Shown: positions 53,705-63,876 of the stretch, one piece after another
Position numbering within the stretch: the stretch's first letter is position 1
Layout of the letters: every line of letters begins with the position of its first letter
NCBI GenBank assembly: GCA_963762485.1
Contig: CAVXLE010000004.1
Location: 112,483 to 176,482, forward strand
Length of the DNA stretch: 64,000 nt
Source of the DNA: an uncultured Pseudomonadota bacterium
GTDB lineage: Bacteria; Pseudomonadota; Alphaproteobacteria; Rhizobiales; Xanthobacteraceae
Direction of reading: 5' to 3'
Program-made: the position numbers and the translations under genes
Notes under the pieces: model-generated
The model's database searches: none
What the model was told of the DNA's origin: nothing
The model's input: the letters and a program-made list of their open reading frames with translations, nothing else

Positions 53705-55621
53705 TTATTCCGCGGGCGCCGTACGCGGGACCTGCGGCCCGGGCATCGCGTGGTAACGACGGTAGGCTTTGTACCCATCCCACCCGATGAGGATAGCTGC
53801 CACGAACAAGAGCACGGAGACCACGATCATGGCCCACGCGCCGTAGACCGGCAGGCCCGTTATCTTCGGGTTCACCGCGATCGTCACGTAGAGGTTCCGC
53901 GCTGTGACGACGGTCGCCGCCAGTGTGGTCACATACATGAAGATCATCGGGATCAGGGCGTAGCTCGGGTTGCGCTTCTCCGACTTGAGCCACACCGACA
54001 CCACGATCATGCTCAGGGCCGCCATCAGCTGGTTGGAAGCACCGAACATCTGCCAGAGGTAGACCCAGGTTCCGGTGAGCACGAGGGCGAGCGTGAGGGC
54101 CATCGAGATCAAGGTCGACACGTGCATGTTCCGCACGACCGGAATGGCATCGCCGGCCCACTCCGTGAGCGTAACCCGCATCACCCGGAAGACCAGCACC
54201 GTGACCGTGAGCACGATGATCACGAATGTGCCGAACCCGAGCGCGGTACCATAGATCTCCGGGATGAGCCCGAAGGTCCCGGCGTAAATGAGCTTGCCGA
54301 CCCCTACCGCGAACCGGCCACCGCCACCGCCGGCACCGGCGATGGAGACTGCGGTGAGCGACAGCAGCGCCAGTGTATTCTCTCCGAACATCCCGCCCGC
54401 GCCGACGGGCAGGCAGTCTGTCTCGTATTCGAGCTGCCGCGCGGTCCCTATCGAGCCGACAAGCGAATGCCAACCTGAGATCGCACCGCAAGCGATGGTC
54501 ACGAAAAGCATGGGCCACAGCGGTTGCCACGCTTTGCCCTCCTGGATTGTGAAGCCCAAGTCTTTGAAGGCGGGCAGTGCAAAGGCGCCGATGAGATTGC
54601 CAGCCGCGTCCTTCGTGCCGAGGAGCGGCGCGACGACCATTCCCATCGCGCTCAGGAGGATGGTTATCAGCATGATCCAGAATCCGATATAGGCTACGGG
54701 CTGCGCGTACCGCCAAATCGGTAAATTTGCGCCCAAGTAGCTGAAGGCGAACAGGAACACCATCCAGAACAGGTAATTCGGCAGCGTCTTGAGCAGACCG
54801 GTAGCCGCATCATAGGCGGGCGTGCTCGGGCGCGTGCCGTCCGCGCGCGGTGCCGGGATTCTCGGATCCGCGAGCGTCGGGTCTTGGACCGCGATGAGCG
54901 CTTGGTTGCCGGAAATGGTGTCGACCTGGTTGTTAACCCAGGTCACCGCGGCAGCCACCGGGCCTTGTAACAGCGCGCCAGCCGCATCTCGGTGCTGCCC
55001 CCACGGGCCGAGCGCCATCGCTCCAATTGTGACGGCGACGACGAGGGCGGTAACGCCGGTGATGCCCATCTTCCAGCGGTACATCATCTGGCCGGCGAGC
55101 AGCCCCATCAGGCCGAGCATCACAATGCCGAATGGCACGTCCGGGCGCGCCGACAGGATGGCCGCCAGAATTCCGATGAACGCGCCGGCCAGCAGCATCA
55201 GGTAGAAGAAGATGAATATGAACAGGATCGTGCGCGTGCGCGGAGCGATGAGTCGGTGCGCGATCGCCGACAGGCTGTTGCCGTCGTTGCGAACCGCGAC
55301 CATGATGGCCGAGTAGTCACTCGCCCAGCCGATGAAGCTGACGCCGAGGATCAGCCAGGCCAGCGAAGGCGCCCACCCCCAGAGGTTTGCGGCGGTAATC
55401 GGCCCGACGATGGGCCCCGCAGCCGCAATCGCCTTGAAGTGATAGCCGAAGAGGATGTTGCGGCTGGTCGGCATGAAGTCGACGCCGTCCATGTACATCC
55501 GCGCCGGCGTCGCCCGTTTGGCATCGGGCTGGATGACGTTCCGGTCGATGCGTTTGGCGTACAGGTTGTAGGCCAAATAAATGGTCAGCACGCTAAGGAT
55601 GACGATCCATAGGGTGTTCAT
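53705..55621 (-). CDS. cstA: Carbon starvation CstA-family transporter (pyruvate/peptide)
   Basis: TPA..YMDGVDFMPT, GYHFKAIAAAGPIVGP, LFVTIACGAISGWHSL, WQMFGASNQL; GGAAGGAG RBS before ATG 55621. Confidence 0.92.
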   Translation of the reverse strand: MNTLWIVILSVLTIYLAYNLYAKRIDRNVIQPDAKRATPARMYMDGVDFMPTSRNILFGYHFKAIAAAGPIVGPITAANLWGWAPSLAWLILGVSFIGWASDYSAIMVAVRNDGNSLSAIAHRLIAPRTRTILFIFIFFYLMLLAGAFIGILAAILSARPDVPFGIVMLGLMGLLAGQMMYRWKMGITGVTALVVAVTIGAMALGPWGQHRDAAGALLQGPVAAAVTWVNNQVDTISGNQALIAVQDPTLADPRIPAPRADGTRPSTPAYDAATGLLKTLPNYLFWMVFLFAFSYLGANLPIWRYAQPVAYIGFWIMLITILLSAMGMVVAPLLGTKDAAGNLIGAFALPAFKDLGFTIQEGKAWQPLWPMLFVTIACGAISGWHSLVGSIGTARQLEYETDCLPVGAGGMFGENTLALLSLTAVSIAGAGGGGGRFAVGVGKLIYAGTFGLIPEIYGTALGFGTFVIIVLTVTVLVFRVMRVTLTEWAGDAIPVVRNMHVSTLISMALTLALVLTGTWVYLWQMFGASNQLMAALSMIVVSVWLKSEKRNPSYALIPMIFMYVTTLAATVVTARNLYVTIAVNPKITGLPVYGAWAMIVVSVLLFVAAILIGWDGYKAYRRYHAMPGPQVPRTAPAE

Positions 55622-55718
55622 GACAGTGCTCCTTCCCGGGTCGAAGGGCCGTAACAAGTGGGCGCAGAGTGACGCCCAATAAACATTGGTAATATTGCTT
55701 ACAAAAGCGGAAGTAAGG

Positions 55719-55732
55719 TTGATCTGGGTCAA
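55719..55732. promoter_or_regulatory. FNR/FixK box upstream of the cstA operon
   Basis: TTGATCTGGGTCAA (TTGA-N6-TCAA). Confidence 0.75.
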
Positions 55733-55994
55733 CAATCGATAAATTCTGCGAGCCCTAAAATGACGATGACGGATTTGTGTCAGTGATATTGTCGTATGTT
55801 GTGCGGATGCTTTTTTGATTCCGGTTAGCAGCTGCGATGGTGAAGAGAGATCCCATCGATGATGGGACCGGCCGAAACGCCGTAACAAGAGAGAGGCGTT
55901 GGGCTGCCGAACCGTTGTACCGCATGGATCACATCAATACGCGGCCGCCGGATCGCCAGCGCAAGCTATTGAGACGGCCAGTTTTGCAAGTGGC

Positions 55995-56008
55995 TTGAGC
56001 CATATCAA
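55995..56008. promoter_or_regulatory. FNR/FixK box upstream of the HPF-CSD gene
   Basis: TTGAGCCATATCAA, 60 nt before ATG. Confidence 0.75.
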
Positions 56009-56068
56009 TGAAGCCTTGCGCGCTTTCGCGCCATTTTTATTCAGTTCTCAGAACATAGGTGATGGACC

Positions 56069-56638
56069 ATGGAAACCCCTGTCGAGATCGATTTTCAAGG
56101 CATGGCCGCGAACCCGAATGTCCGGGACGCTATCGCGACGCACGTCAGCCAGCTCGAAGAGCGTTTCGGCCGGATCACCGCTGGCCGCGTAGTGCTGAAG
56201 GCGCCGGGCGAGCATCATCGCAAGGGCGGTCTGTACGAGGTCAACATCCGGCTCGCGCTGCCGGAGGGCCGCGAAGTCAATATCGATCACACCGCGCAGA
56301 ACGACGAACGGCATTCCGATCTGAACTTTGCCGTCAACGACGCTTTTAAGAGAGCGCGGCGGCAGCTGCAGGATCAGGTCCGCAAGCTGCAAGGTCAGGT
56401 GAAGCACCACGATGGCCAACCGATCGGGATTGTGGTGGAGATCGATCCGTTGGGCGAGTTTGGCTTGATCGAGACAGGCGACGGACGTGAAATCTATTTC
56501 CATCGGAACAGCGTGCTCGACGGCGAGTTTCCTCATCTGGCGATCAATTCGCACGTGACCTACGCCGAAGAAGTGGGCGAAAAGGGCCCGCAAGCGAGCA
56601 CCGTCAAGCTGCTGGCAAAACATAAGCTGCGCACATGA
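56069..56638 (+). CDS. HPF/RaiA ribosome-associated protein fused to a cold-shock domain
   Basis: PVEIDFQGM...AVNDAFKRARRQL (HPF); FGLIETGDGREIYFHRNSV...GEKGPQASTV (CSD). Confidence 0.9.
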   Translation: METPVEIDFQGMAANPNVRDAIATHVSQLEERFGRITAGRVVLKAPGEHHRKGGLYEVNIRLALPEGREVNIDHTAQNDERHSDLNFAVNDAFKRARRQLQDQVRKLQGQVKHHDGQPIGIVVEIDPLGEFGLIETGDGREIYFHRNSVLDGEFPHLAINSHVTYAEEVGEKGPQASTVKLLAKHKLRT

Positions 56639-56770
56639 GTGACGTGGTCGCCCCGGCGTCAAGAAAGGCAAGGTGGGAGCATTTCCCGCATGCTGGCGGG
56701 CGCGCGGGCCTTGCTCGGCGCGCGCGCCGTTTGCGACCGCTGATATGCATCAAGGGCTGAGCGGCCAACT

Positions 56771-57886
56771 ATGCTGATCGGCGTTCCAAGGGAAATCAAA
56801 GCTGACGAATACCGCATCGGAATGATTCCCGCGACCATCCGGGAACTGACTGACAATGGCCATGAGGTCTGGATGGAGGCTCGCGCCGGTGAGGGCGCCG
56901 GGATCAGTGATGAGGAATATACCGCCGCTGGAGCACAAATTGTCACTAACGCGGATCGGATATATTCGCACGCCGCGCTGATCGTGAAAGTAAAAGAGCC
57001 GCTGGCCGCGGAGCGCAAGCAACTGCGGCGCGGCCAGATCATCTTCACTTATCTTCATTTGGCTGCCGATTCTGAGCTGGCTAGTGATCTGATCGCATCC
57101 GGCGTGACGGCCATCGCGTACGAAACGGTCACGGACTCGGCGGGAAGGCTGCCCTTGCTGGCGCCGATGTCTAAAATCGCTGGGCGCATGGCGCCGCAAG
57201 TTGCGGCGCATTTTCTTGAGCGCCCGCAAGGAGGCCGCGGAATTCTCCTCAGTGGCATCGATGGTGTACCCGCAGCACAAGTCGTCATCCTTGGTGGCGG
57301 CGTTGTCGGCTCCAACGCTGCTGAGGTAGCGCTGGGCATGGGCGCCGATGTTGCGATCCTCGTGCGCAGTGCCAGGACGGCAGATCAGCTGTCGCGGCGT
57401 TTCGGAGATCGCGCGCGCGTCTTTGCGACTCCGGAATCAGTAGTAGCGCTTTGCGCCTCTGCTGACGCGGTGATCGGAGCAGCCCTTGTCCCTGGTGCTG
57501 CCGCGCCCAAGCTCATATCGGCGGAGACAGTCAAACGCATGAAGCATGGTGCCGTAATAATCGACGTTTCGATCGACCAAGGCGGCTGTGCTGAAACTTC
57601 GCACCCGACCACACATGCACACCCGACATTCGCCGTGGGCGGTGTGCTGCATTATTGCGTCGCGAACATGCCAGGCGCCGTGCCGCGGACATCCACCTTT
57701 GCGCTTAACAATGCGACACGACCGTTCATCGTGGCGATCGCGAACAAAGGCCTTTCGCGGGCGCTTATTGACAATGAACATTTGCGAAGCGGGCTCAATG
57801 TGCATGAGGGCCAGATTACTTACCGGGCGGTGGCGGATGCTCTGCGGCTCCCGTATACCCCGGTGGATGATGTGTTGGCACCTTGA
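56771..57886 (+). CDS. ald: Alanine dehydrogenase
   Basis: IGVPREIK..EYR, VKVKEP, FTYLHLAA, PLLAPMS, DVSIDQGGC.ETS, HYCVANMPGAVPRTST. Confidence 0.95.
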   Translation: MLIGVPREIKADEYRIGMIPATIRELTDNGHEVWMEARAGEGAGISDEEYTAAGAQIVTNADRIYSHAALIVKVKEPLAAERKQLRRGQIIFTYLHLAADSELASDLIASGVTAIAYETVTDSAGRLPLLAPMSKIAGRMAPQVAAHFLERPQGGRGILLSGIDGVPAAQVVILGGGVVGSNAAEVALGMGADVAILVRSARTADQLSRRFGDRARVFATPESVVALCASADAVIGAALVPGAAAPKLISAETVKRMKHGAVIIDVSIDQGGCAETSHPTTHAHPTFAVGGVLHYCVANMPGAVPRTSTFALNNATRPFIVAIANKGLSRALIDNEHLRSGLNVHEGQITYRAVADALRLPYTPVDDVLAP

Positions 57887-57909
57887 ACGCCTGTAACTGC
57901 CGGTTTGCT

Positions 57910-57923
57910 TTGATGCACGTCAA
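57910..57923. promoter_or_regulatory. FNR/FixK box upstream of the Lon-like gene
   Basis: TTGATGCACGTCAA, 53 nt before ATG 57977. Confidence 0.75.
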
Positions 57924-57976
57924 GGAACCGCAACGCATTCTCGCTGAAATTGCACGCAGTTACGGAGTGTACACCC

Positions 57977-60415
57977 ATGGCGGCTGCCGAAAGCGGAGGC
58001 GAGATCGCTGTCCAGCCGCTTGGCGGCGATAAGCTGTATCGCCCGACCAATCTTGCAAATCTATCGTTTTCGACCACGGCCGAACTACAGCCGATCGACG
58101 GGCTCGTTGGCCAAGCGCGAGCCCTCGAAGCAATCCAGTTTGGGACGAAAGTCGAAAAAGCTGGCTTCAACCTGTTCGTCATCGGGCCCAATGGTGCCCG
58201 CATGCAGGACGCTGTCAAAGCCGTACTAAATGAGGAAGCACGGCAGAAGCCCAGCCCTTCTGATTGGGTCTATGTCAACAATTTCGCCGATCCGGACCGA
58301 CCAATCGCCTTGGAGCTCCCCGGCGGACGCGCCCCCAAGTTTCACGAGGCAATGCACAAGCTCATCGATGACCTCAAATCGGCCCTGCCGGCGGTTTTCC
58401 AGAGCGAGGACTACCAGACGCGTCGTGGTGCCATCGATGAATCATTCCAGAAGAAACAGGGCGAGGCATTCAACGCGTTGCGAGACAAGGCGACTGAAAA
58501 AGACATCGTACTGTTGCGGACGCCGTTAGGTTTTGCTCTGGCGCCGGCCAAAGAAGGTCAGGTTGTGCCGCCAGATGAGTTCAAGGAGTGGCCGGAGGCC
58601 AAGCGTCGCGAAGTGCAATCGACTATCGAAGCGCTTGAGAAGGATCTCGAGCATATCATTCATCAGCTTCCGCAGTGGGAAAAACAGCGGCGCGATGAAA
58701 TTCGTCAGCTTAATCGCGACACCGCGAAATATGCGGTCGATCAACTGATCGAGGAGACGAAGTTCTCTTTCAGTGACATCCCTCGCGTCGCGCAGCACAT
58801 CGACCTGGTACGCTCCGACTTGGTCGAAAATGTCACCATGTTCGTCATGAAGAGCGAGGACGGCGAGGACGACACAAACGGTTTGAAGGCAGGAAGCTCG
58901 TTCGACCGGTACGAAGTAAATGTTCTTGTGACACAGGACGCCGGCCGGCCCGGCGCTCCGATTATCGAGGAGCTGCATCCGGCCTTGGGAAGTCTTATCG
59001 GCCGTATCGAGTACATCTCGGTTCGCGGCGCGCTGCTCACAAACTTCCGCCTCATCAAGGGCGGTGCACTTCATCGCGCCAATGGCGGCTATCTCTTGCT
59101 CGATGCGCGCAGCGTCCTAATGGAACCCTTCAGTTGGGCTGCGCTCAAACGCATCTTGCGGCGAGGTGAAATCGCTATCGAAGACATTGGCCGGTTTCTT
59201 GGCTTCACGAGCACCGTCTCACTTGAACCGGACCCGATTCCGTTGAAAGTGAAAGTGGTCCTGTTCGGCGAGCGCCTTCTGTATTTTCTGCTGGCTGCAC
59301 TCGATCCCGAATTAGCAGAATATTTCAAGGTACTCGCCGATTTTGAGAACGATTTTGTGCGCACACCGGAAAACGAGGCCATTCTCGCCCAATTGCTGGC
59401 GACGCTAATACAGCGCGATGGGCTCAACGCACTCGACCGTGACGCGGTTGCTCTCGTACTCGAACACGCCGCTCGGCTCACGGATCATGCCGGCAAGCTA
59501 TCGCTTATCGTCGAACAATTGCGGGAAATCCTGATCGAGGCCGATTTTTGTGCCCGTCAAACCGAACGTACCGTTGTCTCGCGCGCGGATGTCGAGCAGG
59601 CGCTCAAAGCGCGCATCCGGCGTGCTGCGCGGCTGCGAGACCGGGCTCAGGAAGCGGTCCTCGAGAAGGTGACGCTCATAGATACTGAGGGCGCCCACGT
59701 CGGACAAATCAACGGGTTGAGCGTCCTTGACCTCGGCGGCTTTGCCTTTGGGCGTCCAACCCGCATCACCTGCCAGGTACGACCGGGCAGCGGCAAGGTC
59801 GTCGATATCGAACGCGAAGTGGAACTCGGGGGGCCACTGCACTCCAAGGGCGTTTTGATCCTCTCGGGCTTTCTCGCGGGGCGTTACGCCCTCGATACGC
59901 CCATGTCGCTCTTTGCGAGCCTCGTCTTCGAGCAGTCCTATGGTGGCGTGGAGGGCGACAGCGCGTCGTCGGCGGAACTTTATGCGCTGCTCTCGGCGCT
60001 AGCGGAAGCACCGCTACGCCAGGATCTGGCGATCACCGGCTCTGTAAACCAGCATGGCGAAATTCAGGCCATCGGCGGCGTCAACGAGAAGATCGAGGGC
60101 TTCTTCGATATTTGCAAAAAACGAGGTCTCACTGGTTCACAAGGCGTGCTCATCCCGCAGGCGAATGTCCAGCATCTCATGCTGCGCCGAGACGTGATCG
60201 ACGCGTGCGCTGCCGGGCAATTCGCCATTTTTCCAATCAGCACCATTCATGAAGGCATTGCACTGCTGACCGGGCTTGCCGCTGGCGAACGCGCCGCGGA
60301 CGGAACCTATCCGTCGAACACCATCAATCGCCGGGTCGAAGATCGCCTGCGCACCTTCGCAAATATCCGGCGCAGCTTCGCCAGCGAACGACCGGGCTCT
60401 ACAGCGATGAGCTAG
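57977..60415 (+). CDS. LonC-type (AAA_32 plus S16) Lon-family protease
   Basis: GQARALEA, GALHRANGGYLLLDA, catalytic EGDSAS and GGVNEKIEGFF; GGAG RBS. Confidence 0.9.
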   Translation: MAAAESGGEIAVQPLGGDKLYRPTNLANLSFSTTAELQPIDGLVGQARALEAIQFGTKVEKAGFNLFVIGPNGARMQDAVKAVLNEEARQKPSPSDWVYVNNFADPDRPIALELPGGRAPKFHEAMHKLIDDLKSALPAVFQSEDYQTRRGAIDESFQKKQGEAFNALRDKATEKDIVLLRTPLGFALAPAKEGQVVPPDEFKEWPEAKRREVQSTIEALEKDLEHIIHQLPQWEKQRRDEIRQLNRDTAKYAVDQLIEETKFSFSDIPRVAQHIDLVRSDLVENVTMFVMKSEDGEDDTNGLKAGSSFDRYEVNVLVTQDAGRPGAPIIEELHPALGSLIGRIEYISVRGALLTNFRLIKGGALHRANGGYLLLDARSVLMEPFSWAALKRILRRGEIAIEDIGRFLGFTSTVSLEPDPIPLKVKVVLFGERLLYFLLAALDPELAEYFKVLADFENDFVRTPENEAILAQLLATLIQRDGLNALDRDAVALVLEHAARLTDHAGKLSLIVEQLREILIEADFCARQTERTVVSRADVEQALKARIRRAARLRDRAQEAVLEKVTLIDTEGAHVGQINGLSVLDLGGFAFGRPTRITCQVRPGSGKVVDIEREVELGGPLHSKGVLILSGFLAGRYALDTPMSLFASLVFEQSYGGVEGDSASSAELYALLSALAEAPLRQDLAITGSVNQHGEIQAIGGVNEKIEGFFDICKKRGLTGSQGVLIPQANVQHLMLRRDVIDACAAGQFAIFPISTIHEGIALLTGLAAGERAADGTYPSNTINRRVEDRLRTFANIRRSFASERPGSTAMS

Positions 60416-60417
60416 CC

Positions 60418-61281
60418 ATGCCGAGCGAGCTTCACAGCTTCAAGCGCCTGGTGTTGGGATTGCAGCCGAGCGCGCCTGACCGTGCCATGCGGCTAGCCGT
60501 CGAATTGGCCGAATTGCTCGATCTCGATCTGCTTGGGCTTTTCCTCGAAGACGACAGCCTTCGCGAGCTTGCCGGCATTCCCTTCGCGCGCGAAATCAGG
60601 CTGCTCGGCGGCGGTTGGCATTCGCTCGAAATCGATCGCCTGGCGCATGATCTGGAGGTTGCCGCCCGCGGCATGGAACGATCGTTCACTCATGCGGCGA
60701 GAAGTCTGTCGAAGCGGTCCCAGTTCGAAGTGATGCGCGGACCGGTGGCCGAGGTCATCACGTCGATTTCAACTGCCGGTGACATCGTAATGATCGTAGA
60801 ACCGACGAGCGCCGCGGAACGAGTCAGCGGGCAGTTCTCTTGGCTAGTCAAGGCGGCTTTTCAGTCTGCGGCCGCTGTGATGTTGGTCCCGCCGCGTATG
60901 ATACGAACCAAGGGTCCCATTGTGGCGGTCGCGATGACGGGCGACGATCCGGCCATCATTGCGGCCGCCGCCATCGCGGTTGCAGCGAAGGAAACATTGG
61001 TCGTGATCGAGCCTGGTGCAGGGGATCGCGATGATCCACGCACCGCCCAAATTGCAGCCAATACCGGTCTCACAATTCACCGCATTGCAGCCGGCGATCT
61101 GTCTCGCGATCCTACTGCCTGTCTCAAGGCCATGCGCCACCTGCAGGAGCGGCTGGTGGTCATGACGCGCCTGCCATTCGATGGTGCCACGGCATCCGCG
61201 ATTGTCACCGCGCGGCAAGTACCCGTGCTCGTCATCGAGCCAGAGAGGTTGCCTCCGGGCGAGGGCGCCCCACGTACTTAG
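60418..61281 (+). CDS. Hypothetical protein with a universal-stress-protein-like N-terminus
   Basis: KRLVLGL...AMRLAVELAELLDLDLLGLFLED USP-like start; begins 2 nt after the lon stop. Confidence 0.65.
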   Translation: MPSELHSFKRLVLGLQPSAPDRAMRLAVELAELLDLDLLGLFLEDDSLRELAGIPFAREIRLLGGGWHSLEIDRLAHDLEVAARGMERSFTHAARSLSKRSQFEVMRGPVAEVITSISTAGDIVMIVEPTSAAERVSGQFSWLVKAAFQSAAAVMLVPPRMIRTKGPIVAVAMTGDDPAIIAAAAIAVAAKETLVVIEPGAGDRDDPRTAQIAANTGLTIHRIAAGDLSRDPTACLKAMRHLQERLVVMTRLPFDGATASAIVTARQVPVLVIEPERLPPGEGAPRT

Positions 61282-61290
61282 GCTACCCCG

Positions 61291-62913
61291 CTACAGGCCC
61301 ATCTCCGGCTCGGGCACCCGCTGCTTCGTCTCTTCGGGAATTTCCGTCATTGTGGCCTCGGTCAGCAGCAATACGCTGGCAACGGACACCGCATTTTCGA
61401 GAGCGACGCGAACGACTTTTGTCGGATCGATAATCCCGGCCTCGATAAGATCGACATATTCCTTACGGCCGGCATCAAATCCCTCATTGCCTTTGCCGCT
61501 CAGCATGCGCGCGACGACGACGCCCCCGTCGGTAGCGGAATTTTCGGCAATTTGCCGCGTTGGAGCCTCAAGCGCCCGTTTGAGAATCTGAACGCCGGTT
61601 TTTTCGTCGCCTTCGCATTTGGCTTCCTCGGCGGAGAGAACGTCGACGCAGCGCAGGAGCGCTAAACCACCACCGGGAACAATGCCTTCAGCAACCGCTG
61701 CTTTGGTGGCACTTATCGCATCGTCCAGTGCCTCCTTCTTTGTCTTCATTTCGGATTCCGACGGGGCGCCGACACGAATGACTGCAACGCCACCGGCGAG
61801 TTTCGCCAGCCGCTCTTGCAGTTTTTCACGATCGTAATCGCTGGTCGCCTTCTCGATCTCGCGCCGGATTTGCTCGATACGCCCATCGATCTGTTTGCGA
61901 TCGCCGGCGCCTCCAATGATGGTTGTGTTGTCCTTGTCGACCACAACGCGCTTGGCTTTGCCGAGTTGTTCGAGGCGGACATGCTCAAGCTTGATGCCGA
62001 GCTCCTCGGAAACAACCTGACCACCCGTCAGAACCGCAACGTCATGTAACATCGCTTTGCGGCGGTCGCCGAAGCCCGGGGCCTTGACCGCGCAGCTTTT
62101 GAGCGCGCCGCGAATTTGATTGACGATCAAGGTGGCGAGGGCCTCGCCTTCGACATCCTCGGCGACTACAAGCAACGGGCGGGCGGACTTCGCCACCTGT
62201 TCCAGCAACGGCAGAAGATCCTGAAGTGTGCTAATCTTGCGATCCGAGATCAAGATAAGGGCATCCTCAAGGACCGTTTCCATCTTCTCCGGATTGGTAA
62301 TGAAATAGGGCGAGAGAAATCCGCGGTCGAATTGCATTCCTTCCACGACCTCGAGTGTGGTTTCGGTGGTTTTGGATTCTTCGACCGTGATCACGCCTTC
62401 GTTGCCGACCTTGTCCATCGCGTCGGCCACGAGCTCGCCGATGAGCGGATCGTTATGTGCGGAAATCGTGCCAACCTGTGCCTTTTCCAGGCGCGTCTTC
62501 ACCGGACGTGACAATCCGCGCAGTGCTTCAACGGCCCGCTTTGCAGCTCGGTCAAGACCGCGCTTTATATCTATAGCGCTTGCGCCGGCGACGACGTTGC
62601 GAACCCCGTCGGCAAACATGGCGTGGGCGAGGATGGTCGCTGTGCTTGTCCCGTCGCCGACCATATCGCCGGTCTTTTCGGCGGCCTGCCGCAGCATACG
62701 TGCGCCTAGGTTCTCCTCCGGGTCTTTGAGGTCAAACTCCTTAGCGATCGTCACGCCGTCATTGCAGACAATCGGGGCGCCCCATTTTTTCTCGATAAGC
62801 ACGGATTTTGATCGTGGGCCTAAGGTCACACGAACGGCATCGGTGAGTTGCGTAGCGCCGCGCAGAATCTTCTCGCGCGCGGCCGAACGGAACAGGATTT
62901 GCTTGTGGGCCAT
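61291..62913 (-). CDS. groL: Chaperonin GroEL paralogue (no adjacent groES)
   Basis: [47 protein letters not shown]; GAGG RBS before ATG 62913. Confidence 0.96.
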   Translation of the reverse strand: MAHKQILFRSAAREKILRGATQLTDAVRVTLGPRSKSVLIEKKWGAPIVCNDGVTIAKEFDLKDPEENLGARMLRQAAEKTGDMVGDGTSTATILAHAMFADGVRNVVAGASAIDIKRGLDRAAKRAVEALRGLSRPVKTRLEKAQVGTISAHNDPLIGELVADAMDKVGNEGVITVEESKTTETTLEVVEGMQFDRGFLSPYFITNPEKMETVLEDALILISDRKISTLQDLLPLLEQVAKSARPLLVVAEDVEGEALATLIVNQIRGALKSCAVKAPGFGDRRKAMLHDVAVLTGGQVVSEELGIKLEHVRLEQLGKAKRVVVDKDNTTIIGGAGDRKQIDGRIEQIRREIEKATSDYDREKLQERLAKLAGGVAVIRVGAPSESEMKTKKEALDDAISATKAAVAEGIVPGGGLALLRCVDVLSAEEAKCEGDEKTGVQILKRALEAPTRQIAENSATDGGVVVARMLSGKGNEGFDAGRKEYVDLIEAGIIDPTKVVRVALENAVSVASVLLLTEATMTEIPEETKQRVPEPEMGL

Positions 62914-62985
62914 TCGAGCGCCTCGGTGAAAATTGCATTTATGCAATAATGCAGTGCTAAAATACCAAGACAGTCGGCGTCCATT

Positions 62986-62999
62986 TTGACGCATATCAA
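62986..62999. promoter_or_regulatory. FNR/FixK box upstream of groL
   Basis: TTGACGCATATCAA, 72 nt before ATG. Confidence 0.75.
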
Positions 63000-63048
63000 C
63001 CCGCGGATATCCGGAGATGGCGTCCGAGGTATCGTTAGGTTCGCGACG

Positions 63049-63324
63049 TCAAAGTTTGTCTTCGAGCCAGGTCTGGCACTCGTCCTTGAATCCAAGCCAC
63101 GCGGCGCCTTCTCCATAGCGCATGACGAGAAGCCGATCGTCATCCTTCAGGTATTGTTTGAGTTCGTCCCTTATTTGGACTGGCGTTTTTTCCGTTATGA
63201 CGAGCCATGTCGAATTGAGGCAATCCCAGTAGCCGCTTCCAATCGTTTCAAGCGCAGTAAAAAGCTTATCGTAATTTTCTTCTTCCGAAGGGTGCAAATC
63301 ATACCCGATCATATAAATGGCCAT
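63049..63324 (-). CDS. Small Cas2/VapD-like ferredoxin-fold protein
   Basis: YMIGYDL start, Y..L..AL...G, STWLV, IRDELK...DDRLLV; GGGAG RBS. Confidence 0.7.
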   Translation of the reverse strand: MAIYMIGYDLHPSEEENYDKLFTALETIGSGYWDCLNSTWLVITEKTPVQIRDELKQYLKDDDRLLVMRYGEGAAWLGFKDECQTWLEDKL

Positions 63325-63432
63325 TGGCTGCTCCCGAACCTGTAAGCCTTTTACGCGTTCCGATCGGCGATTAATCGATCTTCACTCGGCTCACAAACGA
63401 AGCTGCGGTCAAGAGCCGAGCACGCCAGCGGC

Positions 63433-63876
63433 CTACTTCGCTTGCAGGCGGTAGATGTACTCGGTCAAAAAGAGAATTTTGACGCGCGCGTACGCTTCCG
63501 GATTGTAGTCAGGGTTCGCATTGTGACTTTGATTCTTGTATACCGGGCCCCAGATAGGCATGTCCGTTGGGCCGTGTGCCCTTACCGGCGCTCTTCCGTC
63601 AATTGTTTCAACTACGTGCTCCACGGGAAATACACCGCGGTTTTTTTTGGAAAGCTCGGTGAGATCGGGCAGAACGATGCTTGATCTGAGCAACTGCACA
63701 TAAGGTCCGTCACCTTTGCCGCTTAGACCATGGCACTCGGCGCAGTGCGTTTCATATTCATGCTTGCCCACGTCAATGCTCTGCCCTGCGGAGCCATTTT
63801 GTTGAGCATGCGTTATTGCAGAGGTACCGATTACGAATGCGCAGACTGCGAATGCTTTTATGAACTTGGAGCTCAT
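63433..63876 (-). CDS. Periplasmic monoheme c-type cytochrome
   Basis: Signal peptide; CAECHG; HGPTDMPIWG distal Met. Confidence 0.9.
   Translation of the reverse strand: MSSKFIKAFAVCAFVIGTSAITHAQQNGSAGQSIDVGKHEYETHCAECHGLSGKGDGPYVQLLRSSIVLPDLTELSKKNRGVFPVEHVVETIDGRAPVRAHGPTDMPIWGPVYKNQSHNANPDYNPEAYARVKILFLTEYIYRLQAK

Noticed and set aside
63049-63324. CRISPR-Cas locus
   Set aside because: No repeat-spacer array or other cas genes seen.
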